Of a stretch of DNA of 20,000 nt, positions 1 to 10,037 are shown in pieces. This DNA comes from Tricharina praecox (lineage: Eukaryota), in assembly GCF_024521635.1 (NCBI RefSeq), contig NW_026250457.1, positions 59,097 through 79,096 of the forward strand. Reading direction: 5' to 3'. The notes beneath the pieces were generated by a model. That model was not told where the DNA came from. It did no database searches and saw only the letters and a list, made by a program, of their open reading frames with translations. A program made the translations under genes and the position numbers. The first letter of the stretch is position 1. Every line of letters begins with the position of its first letter.

Positions 1-2
1 GG

Positions 3-545
3 CGAGTAGACGACTTCGAAGAATAACTTTCCAAGTCCTGTCGTATCGCCAACCGTCTGGCCACACTAGAAGCCCAACCCCAGGGCCACGCCGAGCGCGT
101 CCCGGAGCCAGCCATGTTCGATGGCACTCGATAGAAGCTCGAAGGGTTCTTTGCCCAGCTTTGACTCAAACTGTACTGCAACCATACCCGTTTCCCGTCC
201 CCAGCACTCAGAATGGCCTACACCTTCAACCGTCTCGAAGGCCGTGCCCAAGCCCAGATACTGCCGTACATCCAGAACAACGTGATCAGCTTGACCGACA
301 CCGATGCCATGGTCACCATCCTCGAAAACGCCTTCAGCGATCCCGACTCAGCGGCCACCGCACGCGCCGAACTCCACCGTCTCAAGCAAGGGAACAAGGA
401 CTTTACATCTTACTTTGCGCAGATTCAAAGGCTCGTGTCCAAGCTGAACTGGGACGAGCATGCCAAACTCGATGCACTACGCAAAGGAGTCTCCATCGAG
501 CTCCACCGACAACTGGTGGGCCGCACTCAGGGACTCACCTACAAT
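3..545 (+). pseudogene. gag: gag fragment of element A (Retrotrans_gag-like capsid region)
   Basis: Frame +3 reads ...PEPAMFDGTR*KLEGFFAQL*LKL...RFPSPALRMAYTFNRLEGRA...LENAFSDPD...ARAELHRLKQGNKDFTSYFAQIQRLVSKLNWDE...LRKGVSIEL, a typical fungal gypsy Gag. Stops at 24-26, 132-134 and 162-164. Ends abruptly near 545. Confidence 0.9.
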
Positions 546-3500
546 AGAAAAGGAGAACCTCACCATCTTTGCCACGACCCTGACGCAGATCAATGAAGTT
601 CTATCTGAAGAATAACACAGCTCAACCGCCCACATTTCCCCCGGATACCACAGATTTCTCCACGTCTTCTCTGAAAGGTTGGCGCAGAACCTACCACCCC
701 ATCGGCAATACGGCCACAAGATCCCACTGAAGAAAGGATTTGTGCCCCCTTACGGGCCCCTCTATTCGCTCTCAAAAACCGAGCTGGTCGCACTCAAGGA
801 ATGGCTTGACGACAATCTGAGTAAGGGATTCATCCTTGCGTCCTCATCACCAGCGGCATCACCGATCCTGTTTGTCAAAAAATCGGACGGCTCCTTGTGA
901 CTGTGTGTGGACTATAGAGACCTAAACGAAGGAACCATCAAGCACCGCTACCCACTTCCCCTGCCCCAGGAAACCTTGATGCGACTGTCCGGTGCAAAGT
1001 ATTTTACAACATTGGATATCCGCGGTGCTTACAACCTGGTACAAATGGCAGAAGGGGAGTAACGGAAAACGGCTTTCCGTACCCGCTACGGACTTTTCGA
1101 ATCATTGGTAAAGGCTTGCGGGCTAACCAACGCGCCAGCCGACTTTCAAGCCCTGATTAACGACGTTTTACGACCGTTTCTGGACGACTTCTGTACCGCC
1201 TTCCTAGATGACATCTTTATCTACAGCGCGTCACTGAAAGAACACTGAAAACAGGTCACCAAGGTGCTACGCGCCCTTTCATCGGCCGGACTGCACTTGA
1301 AACTGGAGAAATGCCACTTCCACCAGACAGAGGTCAAATACCTGGGCCTGATCATAACCACGGAGGGTATTAAGATAGATCCTGCCAAAGTCTCTTGCGT
1401 ACTCGAATGGGAAAAACCGACCACAGTAACGAATGTGCAGTGTTCCCTGGGCTTCGCGAACTTCTACCAGCGCTTTATCCAGGACTACTCCAAGGTGGTA
1501 TCTCCCCTGACGGCAATGACAAAAAAGGAAAATGGGAAGTACGTCCCCTTCAAATGGGGTATTGACCAACAGCAAGCCTTTGACACTCTCAAGACTGGCT
1601 TTACTACCGCCCCGATACTCCGACATTCCGACTACGACCGAGAAATAGTGGTGGAAACTGATGCCTCGGATTACGTACCGGCCGGTATCCTCTCCCAGTA
1701 CGACGCCGACGGAATCTTGCATCTGGTTGCCTTCTATTCAAAGAAACACTTCCCGGCGGAATGCAATTACGAAATCTACAACAAAGAATTGTTGGCAATT
1801 GTTCGAGCCTTTCAAGAATGGAGACCACACCTTGAAGGAGCCGCGCACCCGGCCCCAGTGCTGAGCGACCACAAGAACTTGGAATACTTCATGTCAGCCA
1901 AGTTGCTCAACCGCCGGCAAGCCCGATGGTCGGAATTCCTGTCCCGTTTCGACTTCAAAATCGTCTATAGACCTGGTAAAGCAGGAGGGAAACTGGATGC
2001 ATTGACAAGGAGGTCAGGAGACCTCCCTAAGGAGGGGGATGAAAGACTGCTGGCGAACCAACAAGCAATCCTCAAGCCCCAAAACCTGCTGGAAGAATTG
2101 AGATTGTCAGCGACCAATCCGTTGGAAGTACCCCGTCCCACTCTCTACCCTGATAACCGAAGCATATCAGGCAGATTCAGCGCCGAACAAGATCCTCCAA
2201 CTGCTCAGAAACGGAATACGCCAATCGAAGGACATCTCGCTCGTCGACTGCAGCGAAGTCAACGGACAATTACATTACCGAGATTGCTTCTACGTTCCTG
2301 AACACGACTCACTCAAACTTCGCCTGATCCAGGACCACCACGGCCCACCGGCTATGGGCCATCACGGAAGAGCTAAAACCTTGGGACTCCTGGCCGGGAA
2401 ATACTACTAGCCCCAGATGCGGAAGGACGTTGACCGATTCGTGGAAACTGCCACATTTGCAGACGAACGAAAGCAAGAACACACGCCCCCTACGGTGTGC
2501 TCAGCCCACTCCCAGTACCCGAGAAACCCTGGCAACATATCTCCGTCGAGTTCGTAACCGGACTCCCTCCCTCAAACGGATTCGATGCCATTTGCGTATT
2601 TGTGGACCGCCTCACCAAGCAACGACACCTGCTCCCTTGCAACACGACCATCACCTCTGAAGGATTCGCAGAACTATTCTGCGATCTGATCTTCAGATAC
2701 CACGGACTACCCGACACTATCGTATCGGACCGGGGCCTACAGTTTGCATCACGATTTTGAAAACATCTATGCTCTTGGCTCAAGATCGACGCACGGCTCT
2801 CCACGGCGTTCCACCCGCAGACGGACAGTCAAACAGAGAGAATGAATGCAGTAATGGAAAACACCTCCGAGTATACGTAAGCTACCTGCAGAATGACTGG
2901 GTCGACTGCCTATTCTTGGTAGAGTTTGCTGGCAACAACCAGGCATCTGACACCACCACCCTGTCCCCGTTCTTTGCTAACCTAGGCTACCACCCCCGTT
3001 GCGACTTCGAGCTTGACATCCGAACCGACAAGAAAGAAGAGCGAGAGGCACAGACAGCGGCAGAGCGACTCCAGCAGATCCATGACGTTGCCCGCAGTGA
3101 GATGCGCTACGTCCAAGCACGGCAGCAGGACAACACGGACCAGCACCGAACCCGCGCACCGGCCTTCCAGCCTGGAGATATGGTATGGGTGGACGGCCCA
3201 AACTGGCGAACGGAGCAACCAAGCCGAAAACTGGAAAACAAGCACCTCGGACGCTATCGGATTACCCGAGCCATCGGAAACCACGCATACAAACTGGACA
3301 TTCCGAACACCATCCAGAAGCACCGCACCTTCCCAGTATCCCTCCGCCACGCATCCGCTGACGACACCCTCCCCGGCCAGATCCTGCCGCCACCGTTACC
3401 AATAATTGTGAACGACCAAGAAGAATGGGAGGTGGAGGAAGTGCTCTACAGCAGAACGCTGAGGGGAAGACTCCAGTACCTAGTCAAGTGGAGGGGTTTC

Positions 3501-3551
3501 GCAGCACCGATGTGGGAACCTGAGGACAACCTTGTGGACGTACAGGCAGTG

Positions 3552-4241
3552 TGTGAGACTGGGACGGGTTTGTGTCGTCGGAGTCTATAGTAAAATCGAG
3601 GATAGAATAAAAGTCAGGGATTTCGATAATTCACAACGGAATAATCTTAAGGGTGTTTTGTTCGATGGTTTGTTCGGTGCGGTGATTGTAGTTTGTTCAG
3701 TTGCCAGCTCGGTTCGACTTATAGTCGTCCCGATCCTCAGCACGTGATTCCTCTAGAGTGCGGCCTAACCTAGCTCCGTTGCTTCCTTTGCATCGGAGTT
3801 CCGCGGCCTAGCCTTGAGTCGTCGTCAGCTCTCTTCGGATAGTCTTCTCGACTAGGCAGGTGGTAAACACCACGCGCCCAAGATAGATCGGAGTTTCCGA
3901 GCAATTATCTCCCTCATGCGCCGGCAGAGTTCTTCGCTCGAAGTTGTCTGCCCCCATCGGTCGATGTTCGATTCTCTCGTCATAACAGTTTTTTCCTGGA
4001 TCGGAGTTCCTACTGCGGGGCCCTATGATAGGAGATCTCAAAGTCCTCTGGACTGTTATCCCGATCTCCCGCATCTCCGATCACTGTCTAGACTCTGGAA
4101 TCCGTTTGCTCCCTCCTTCCTATCTTGTCTTTGATCGCTTCTAACTATCCTTTCGGCTCGCAACTCTATTCTAATCACCCGAACTATCTAATCACATCTG
4201 TTGCGACCGTCGTGTCCTCCGATACCTATCGGGGTGTCACA
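3552..4241. mobile_element. Solo LTR (690 bp) related to element B, with 5-bp TSD CAGTG
   Basis: Termini TGTGAGAC...GTGTCACA (7/8 inverted match). Flanked by direct repeat CAGTG (3547-3551 and 4242-4246). Removing it restores the chromodomain frame VDVQAV|EDFHQRYP. Its first ~110 bp align with 6494-6600. Confidence 0.93.
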
Positions 4242-4315
4242 CAGTGGAAGACTTCCACCAACGGTACCCAATGATGCCTGGACCAGTCCCACTTGCTCTC
4301 GGGGGAACTCGAGCC

Positions 4316-4329
4316 TTAGGAGAGGCTAC
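4316..4329 (+). other. Polypurine tract (PPT) of element A
   Basis: TTAGGAGAGGCTAC lies immediately before TGTCACGG, the usual position in fungal chromoviruses. Confidence 0.75.
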
Positions 4330-5145
4330 TGTCACGGCTCGCGACGGAACGATCAAGGAAGAGTCGGAACAGGGGCTGGAAGGCAGCGCGGGGGCAGTGC
4401 AAGGGGCTCCACGGGCGGCAATGCAGTAATGAGCCGGAGGAATTGGGGCTGTGTAGTGGTAGCAGGGGTAGCGCTGCAGCGCAGGCTGTGAGTCACTAGA
4501 GTGGGGTATCGGCCAGGAGGATTTCTCAGGGTCTGGCACATGCCCACGGTCATTGTCAGGTTGCGGGAAGAAGTAGAGGATTTCCTATATAAACGGGCCG
4601 ACGCCGCTCTGTATTTAGTTCTTCACGTAACAACTTGTTAATTTAATCACTGTTACCTCTGTCCTTGCCTCGGCTGCCGTCTGCGCTGTAGTCCTTGTCC
4701 CTGCCTCTGTTCTCAGTTGTCGTCTGCACTGAGCCCTGCCTTACCTTGTCCTCTGAACCCGTGTTGCTTGTGCCATACCCAGAGCCCGGTCCCCCGCCAG
4801 ACTTCGCTACCTGGAGCCTTGCCCGACCGTGCCGTTACAGTTACCTGTGTCCTCGCCTCGCCTGCCGTCTGCGCCCGAGCTCCAGTTTCTGGCCTTCTCT
4901 CTCAGTTGCCGTCTGCACATAGTCCTGTCTTGCCTCGTTTTCCCTCACGCCTTGCCGTTGCCCAGCCTGATTACGTCCATCTGTCCACCTGTCTTCGCTG
5001 CCTGGAGCCCAGCCCGACTGTGCCGTTACACTACCGTCATAAAATACACTGGGAAAGTACTATACCACTCGGCCAAAAAGTATTTTGATGGCTGACGGCC
5101 ATCATCCCAGTCGCTACTTAAGGCAAGGATTTCTGAACTGTGACA
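4330..5145 (+). repeat. 3' LTR of element A (816 bp)
   Basis: Starts TGTCACGG after the PPT and ends CTGTGACA (7/8 inverted match). Purine-rich U3, TATATAAA at 4586-4593, pyrimidine-rich R/U5. An unrelated - strand gag begins right after 5145. Confidence 0.88.
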
Positions 5146-6444
5146 CAGAAGGTAGTGAGATATGACATGATGTCGTTATTATACCTCAAGGCGCACATCT
5201 TGCTGAGAGCATCTGCGCCTTCTCTCGAGTCTAGATACTGCTCTCGGATAGCTTCCTGTTAGGCCTGCCAATTGTCGAGCCCACGTAAGGCTCCTCACCG
5301 TGCTTGATGTCAGACACGTGCTTCGTGTTTCAACAGGGTTCCCGTGCAGGCGGTGCCTTGCACGTCGTCGATGTTGGGGTAGAAGTCGAGGTATTCATTC
5401 ACAGCATCCCACCACAGTCTGCAAGGGGTGGTTAGTTTACTGTGGAAGTTGTTGGGATTGCCCAGACGGAGTATGTGAAACCCTCCGTTCGCCCATGTGA
5501 GGGCCGCAGCCATGATGCGGACAAAGCGTTGTGCGTTGTCCTCGTGGTCGGCATTCCCGTGAAGAGCGACATGGTCTCCACGGCGAACAGACTACGTTCT
5601 TGCAGGAGGGTCTTCATCATCAGAGCATGCATGATCTTGGTGGTCACCTCCGAGGTTACTGGCCGGATTTCTCGGAGGTAAGGGAGGGAGAACTGTTCCT
5701 GAACCACTGAAATTCATCGCTGGGCAAACAGCCAATATGCACAGTCCTGCAGACCGTGATTTTTCTCTTGTGCCTGTGCGGACCCATTCCGGAACCTTCT
5801 CTTTCTGTTTTCCTGCGCGGATTTCCACCTGCTTCAAGGCTTTCGCATTTTCCCTAACAAGCCTCTTCAATTCCTCCTGCTGCTTGTGGAGCTCGTCGCT
5901 CCTTCTCACCTTCTGTTCCGCTCATACGTCGATGCTGCCATTGTAGTCTTCCTGGTTCTTCATCTACTCAGCCTGGACGGTTTAGAGGAAGATAATCGCG
6001 CTTTGGAGCCGGGCGTGGGCTATGCTATTGTTCTGTTGCCTGATCTCGTTATCCTTTCTGCGCTCCGTGAATACTGCCTACACGTCGCTGTTTAAGTCTT
6101 GGATGGCGTCGGCGGCGTTTGCGAGCTCTGTGCGGAGCCCTTTGGTAGCATCTTTGTTTTTCGCTGTTGGTTGTGTGAAGATACTTTATAGCCTCGCAAA
6201 GCTGGTCGTAGTTACGTTCTATTTCTCGCATGCGGCTGGCGTTACGGTTGGAGATTTGGTCGCATGCAGCGTACATCTGGCGGAGGTTTTGCAGCACAAA
6301 GTGGTATTGTTGCAGTATTGTTATGAACCTGTCAAAGGGGTTTACGATTTCAATTCTTGCGCCGGCCGTGTGTGTGGTGGAGAGTGCAGAGTCCAGCGTC
6401 TGTGTGTATCCCAGGCGAAGCATGTCGATGTTGGTGGATGACAT
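5146..6444 (-). pseudogene. gag: gag of a second Ty3/Gypsy element (B), truncated by insertion of element A
   Basis: ATG at 6444 (MSSTNIDMLRL...), a coiled-coil N-terminus (RMREIERNYDQLCEAIKYL; DELHKQQEELKRLVRENAKALKQ), then gag-like PNNFHSKLTTPCRLWWDAVNEYLDFYP...LLKHEARV*HQAR...DNWQA*QEAIREQYLDSREGADALSKMCALRYNNDIMSYLTTF ending exactly at A's LTR. Frameshifted. Confidence 0.75.
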
Positions 6445-6493
6445 AGTCGTTTCTTGTGGTGAAAGCGGTAACTTATAAATCTCAGGATTACAG

Positions 6494-7060
6494 TGTGAGA
6501 CTGGGCAGGTTTGGAACGTCGGAGTCTTGATACATATTGAGTATATCATTAAAGTCAGGGATTTCGATAATTCACAGCGGAATGATCTTGGGGGGTATCA
6601 AGGGTAGTGTTCGGTGTTGTGGTTGAGCTGGTGTTGAGATTTCTGTGACGATAGTTGAGTGACTATACAATCTCCCCATACACCAAGCACGTGATCGGAA
6701 AAACTTTGCCGTGGGGAACTCAGCTGCAAACGCCATTTGAGTCATGCTGTGGCGTAAGCGCTACGAAATGACTTCTCGGTGTTTCCCCAGGCGGAGGGCG
6801 CTGAGGGTGACGTACGAGGCTTAGGTCCACACCGAACCTGTGGCCCGGAATCTGGACTGTGGGCTGTGTACAGCAACTTCGGAGAAGGGTTGTGCACTCC
6901 AACAATAGTGGACAGTCGAAACACACGGTATGTAGAACAAACGCAACCGTTGAACCCTTCGGCGTTGCGAGCGATACAAGTGGTTTGTACCCTCTCTCGA
7001 GACTTGGGTAGCTTCCTATGTGTCTCTCGACGGAATCGAAGACCCGATGTGGGTCTCACT
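6494..7060 (-). repeat. 5' LTR of element B (outer boundary uncertain)
   Basis: Begins TGTGAGACTGGG and shares AAAGTCAGGGATTTCGATAATTCACA.CGGAAT.ATCTT and AGCACGTGAT with the solo LTR at 3552. Lies 50 bp upstream of the gag ATG on the - strand. Best inverted terminus is GTCTCAC at 7053-7059. Confidence 0.7.
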
Positions 7061-7164
7061 TAGCAATCCCCTGCTTAATTCTGTTCGTACCGGAACTCAG
7101 CCGATAGGGTTATCGGCCTCTTCCGGCGTTGCAACGTTCAGGACAATGCGGGCGTCGTCTGAAG

Positions 7165-8081
7165 TAGGGCTGTCAATCGTCAGTCCGGACTGCAGTCCAC
7201 TAGTGGATACATGCTAACATTGATGTTGTGCACTTCGCGGCTTCGCTCACGGGTCACATGCTATCATTCCGGAGAATTCACCGCCCGAGATACGTCCGCA
7301 GGCCAGTAAACACACGTAACCACCCAGCTTTAACAAACCCTCGCCACTTCGCTGGCTGGTACCTACTAGTAGTATGATGATATCCGAGGCTAACGGAACA
7401 CGAGGCGCACTCACTTCCAGCGCATCGACATGCCCAAGTACACACGGTACTTCATGCCCACTCCAGTTCGAATCCGCAACCGAGCAACGTCAAAGCGTCC
7501 GCACTCCGGGTATCCCTCATATATACTCCGTCATAGCTGTTGCACTACGGTCGAAGAGAGCAGGACCGTCAACTGTCCGTCCCGTCCGTCTTTGAGGTTA
7601 CCCGGCCTGGGACAGAATTAGTCGGGCTGAGGAGACCGTGGACTACAGTCTTCCGGGCTGGAGAAATGAGGACGGATACCCCACAGGACCCGGAATTGAC
7701 TGGAAGACTCGGACAATGCAAGCGGCGTGGCGCCACACAGTGGCGCAGGTGTAAGGATGTGTGGCCGTGCGGCTCCATTTCGCAGTTTCTCTCACGGTAT
7801 AGAACTTTCACACCATCCCCGTTCCTACTTCCAGCAGTGTCTATCCCCTGAGGTCGATTGTTTGACGACGTTGAAAATTCTGCTCCAGGCTGAAAATTCT
7901 GTCGGTAGTCACCGCGCTATATACTACTTCGCAAACTAGTAGTCAGCATAGCAAGCTAGTGCTATCAGGTACCTATAGGTACCAGGCGGGTATCCGGGCA
8001 TTTCATCCTCCGGACGGAATGGATCAGTCCTCTGGAAAGCCTGCCCGGGACTGTAGTCCGGACGGACGGTTGACAGCCCTG
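7165..8081. mobile_element. Non-autonomous TIR DNA element (MITE-like, ~917 bp)
   Basis: 34-bp terminal inverted repeats at 7165-7198 (TAGGGCTGTCAATCGTCAGTCCGGACTGCAGTCC) and 8048-8081 match at 30/34. GAAG flanks both sides. Internal TIR-like sub-repeats near 7567 and 7640. No recognisable transposase ORF. Confidence 0.75.
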
Positions 8082-9196
8082 GAAGAGATTCTTTCCCCAC
8101 CTTCGGAAGCCACCGATGACATTCTGCCATCCTGCCTGGACGGGCGAGCGCAGCCTGTATGTAGAGTACTCAGTAGGTAGCACGAGCCTGAGGCGGCATG
8201 CCCGGTCGTTTGAGCATCATTACCCGCTACATACCTAGGTAGAGTATGTAGGTATATGTTGCAACATCCGAGCTCCGAGCTCCGCCCTTCGCCTCAAAAG
8301 CTCAAGGCGGGTGACAATAACCCTACTGGGCACTCTTGCCCTGCCCCCGATGCAATGCTTGCCTCCTCCTCCTCCAACACCTCCTCCAGGTCTGGTGCAG
8401 CTTTCCTCCCCACATCCGTCGTTCCTAGAAACTCTAGCATTGCCTCGCTGCACCGCTCGTCGGCGACTTCGCGGAACAGAGTGTTTCTGTGGCCCCAGAT
8501 CTTGTGCTTTCTCGTCTGTCCGTGAACGATACCTTCCTTAAGATCCTGTCGTTCGATGTTAGGTAGATACTCCTGTTATTTGATCTTTTCTTCGCGAATG
8601 CGAAATCCAACTACAACCTACGAGAGTTAGGTTCGATCGCACAACGGGCTCAAATACCATCTCGTTCCAGCTACCGGGACTCGTAGCTTCAACTGTGTTA
8701 AAACCGCCTGTACAGTAGGATATTAACCACAACTTCCGAAAACGGCGGTCCACTTCTCAACCCGAATGTTTTACATGATGAACGAGAGAGAGAGATAGAG
8801 AAAGATCTTCGGTTTATTTCGCATGCAGCCTATTTAGACTATGGCGAACGATCGTACTCCTTTCCTGCCCACTCTGGCCGGTCGGGGGTGAAGACCCGTT
8901 ACCGACCAGTCCGATGCGGCGCCCCACTTCCCCTGCCCATCCGCCTCGGGCCGACACAAGCAATACATGATGAACGAACCAGCGAGTGCCTGGGATAGTC
9001 CACTTCTGGTTGAGTGAGAATGTGTAAACCTGTGGCCACGCTTTAGCTACTGTCAATGCGCCAGTAAATCCCCATCAGATTTTATGCCAGTCTATATGTT
9101 CGCAAGAACCGGATCTCAGCGTACTGCCTCCACCATCATGCGGCAAATTTGATTCGAAGATGTCCAATGCTGTGGTCGTCGCCGAAGACGGGAAGA

Positions 9197-9231
9197 AAAC
9201 GAGGAAACGAGGAAACGAGGAAACGAGGAAA
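9197..9231. repeat. Microsatellite (AAACGAGG)x4
   Basis: Four perfect 8-bp units. Confidence 0.9.
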
Positions 9232-9815
9232 TGCGCGAGGCGGTAGTTGATTGGAAGAAGAAGACTCGGCAGAATTGACGCGGAAGAGGATAATTAACGG
9301 AGCACAGGGACGCAGGATACATCACAGCAGTGTGACATTTATGGACTGCTATACTGAACATTGAAGCGCGTGAACTTCATTCACTCGCCACGGCGGATCC
9401 GCCGGCCAAAAAGCGCCTACCGTAGGTTAATGTGAGGAGGATAGCGGCAGTAATGGTGGAGAATTGGCTAAGATTCCTCGGAAGAGTCCACGTTAATCCG
9501 CGGGTGAATAAACCTTCTGCACCAAGTTCGCCAGTTTGTAAACGTGCTTTCGACGTTGTGTAAGTAGTCAGCTCGGGAAATATCTCTCTTCATCTGAGGA
9601 ATATACCTTTCCGTATGAACAAATACTGGATTTACATAGCATCCCCTCTCTCGTAAACGTAAATGATGTTGCGGAGCCGCCAAAAGCGCCTGCAGTTAGG
9701 TCATTTCCTCAGAACCCTAACGAAATACTCGATACTGCACCGAGTGATGGTGGCGGCCATGATTTCGCCGACGGTTTTTGGCTAGTTCTTTGGATATTCC
9801 AACCCCACGAACCCT

Positions 9816-9823
9816 TATAAATA
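9816..9823 (+). promoter_or_regulatory. TATA box, copy 1
   Basis: TATAAATA followed by a CT-rich tract typical of fungal transcription-start regions. Conserved in copy 2. Confidence 0.7.
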
Positions 9824-10037
9824 CCTCCGTCTTCCCCCACTCCTCTTCCCTTTCTTTCTTCGTGAATTCTCAAGACTTGCTCCTGATCCCAACGTTTACG
9901 TTCTGCTCAACCCTCTCTTGCACTTCACACTTTTGTTGCATCGCAACCACCCTTTTCTGCTCTTGCTCTCGCTCTTGCTCTGCTCTTGCTCCCTTTTCTT
10001 TCTACTCCCTCTTCCTCCTCCCTCTTCTTCCTCCCTT

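Larger units (their letters stand above)
547..4429 (+). pseudogene. pol: pol of element A: reverse transcriptase, RNase H, integrase, chromodomain (no protease seen); split by a solo LTR
   Basis: [72 protein letters not shown]. RNase [31 protein letters not shown]. Integrase: HH..GHHG..KT...YY*P / CHIC zinc finger, [37 protein letters not shown]-like KHLGRY. Chromodomain: EWEVEEVL..R..RGRLQYLVKWRGF..PMWEPEDNL. Stops at 898, 1060, 1246, 2408 and 2758; frameshifts near 2140, 2445 and 2860. Confidence 0.96.
1..5145 (+). mobile_element. Degenerate Ty3/Gypsy chromovirus LTR retrotransposon (element A); 5' end lies upstream of the window
   Basis: Domain order gag - RT - RNase H - integrase - chromodomain - PPT - LTR. 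Several premature stops and frameshifts. Interrupted by a solo LTR at 3552-4241. Confidence 0.97.

Noticed and set aside
6478..6493. tRNA primer-binding or self-priming site of element B
   Set aside because: The - strand sequence CTGTAATCCTGAG does not start with TGG, and I found no complementary segment in the LTR.
7251..7258. GGGTCACA as the outer end of LTR B
   Set aside because: It lies inside the TIR-bounded element 7165-8081. GTCTCAC at 7053-7059 matches the LTR start better.
8100..9580. Short ORFs and a GA tract between the TIR element and the duplicated unit
   Set aside because: No recognisable domains, consistent splice structure or repeat termini.
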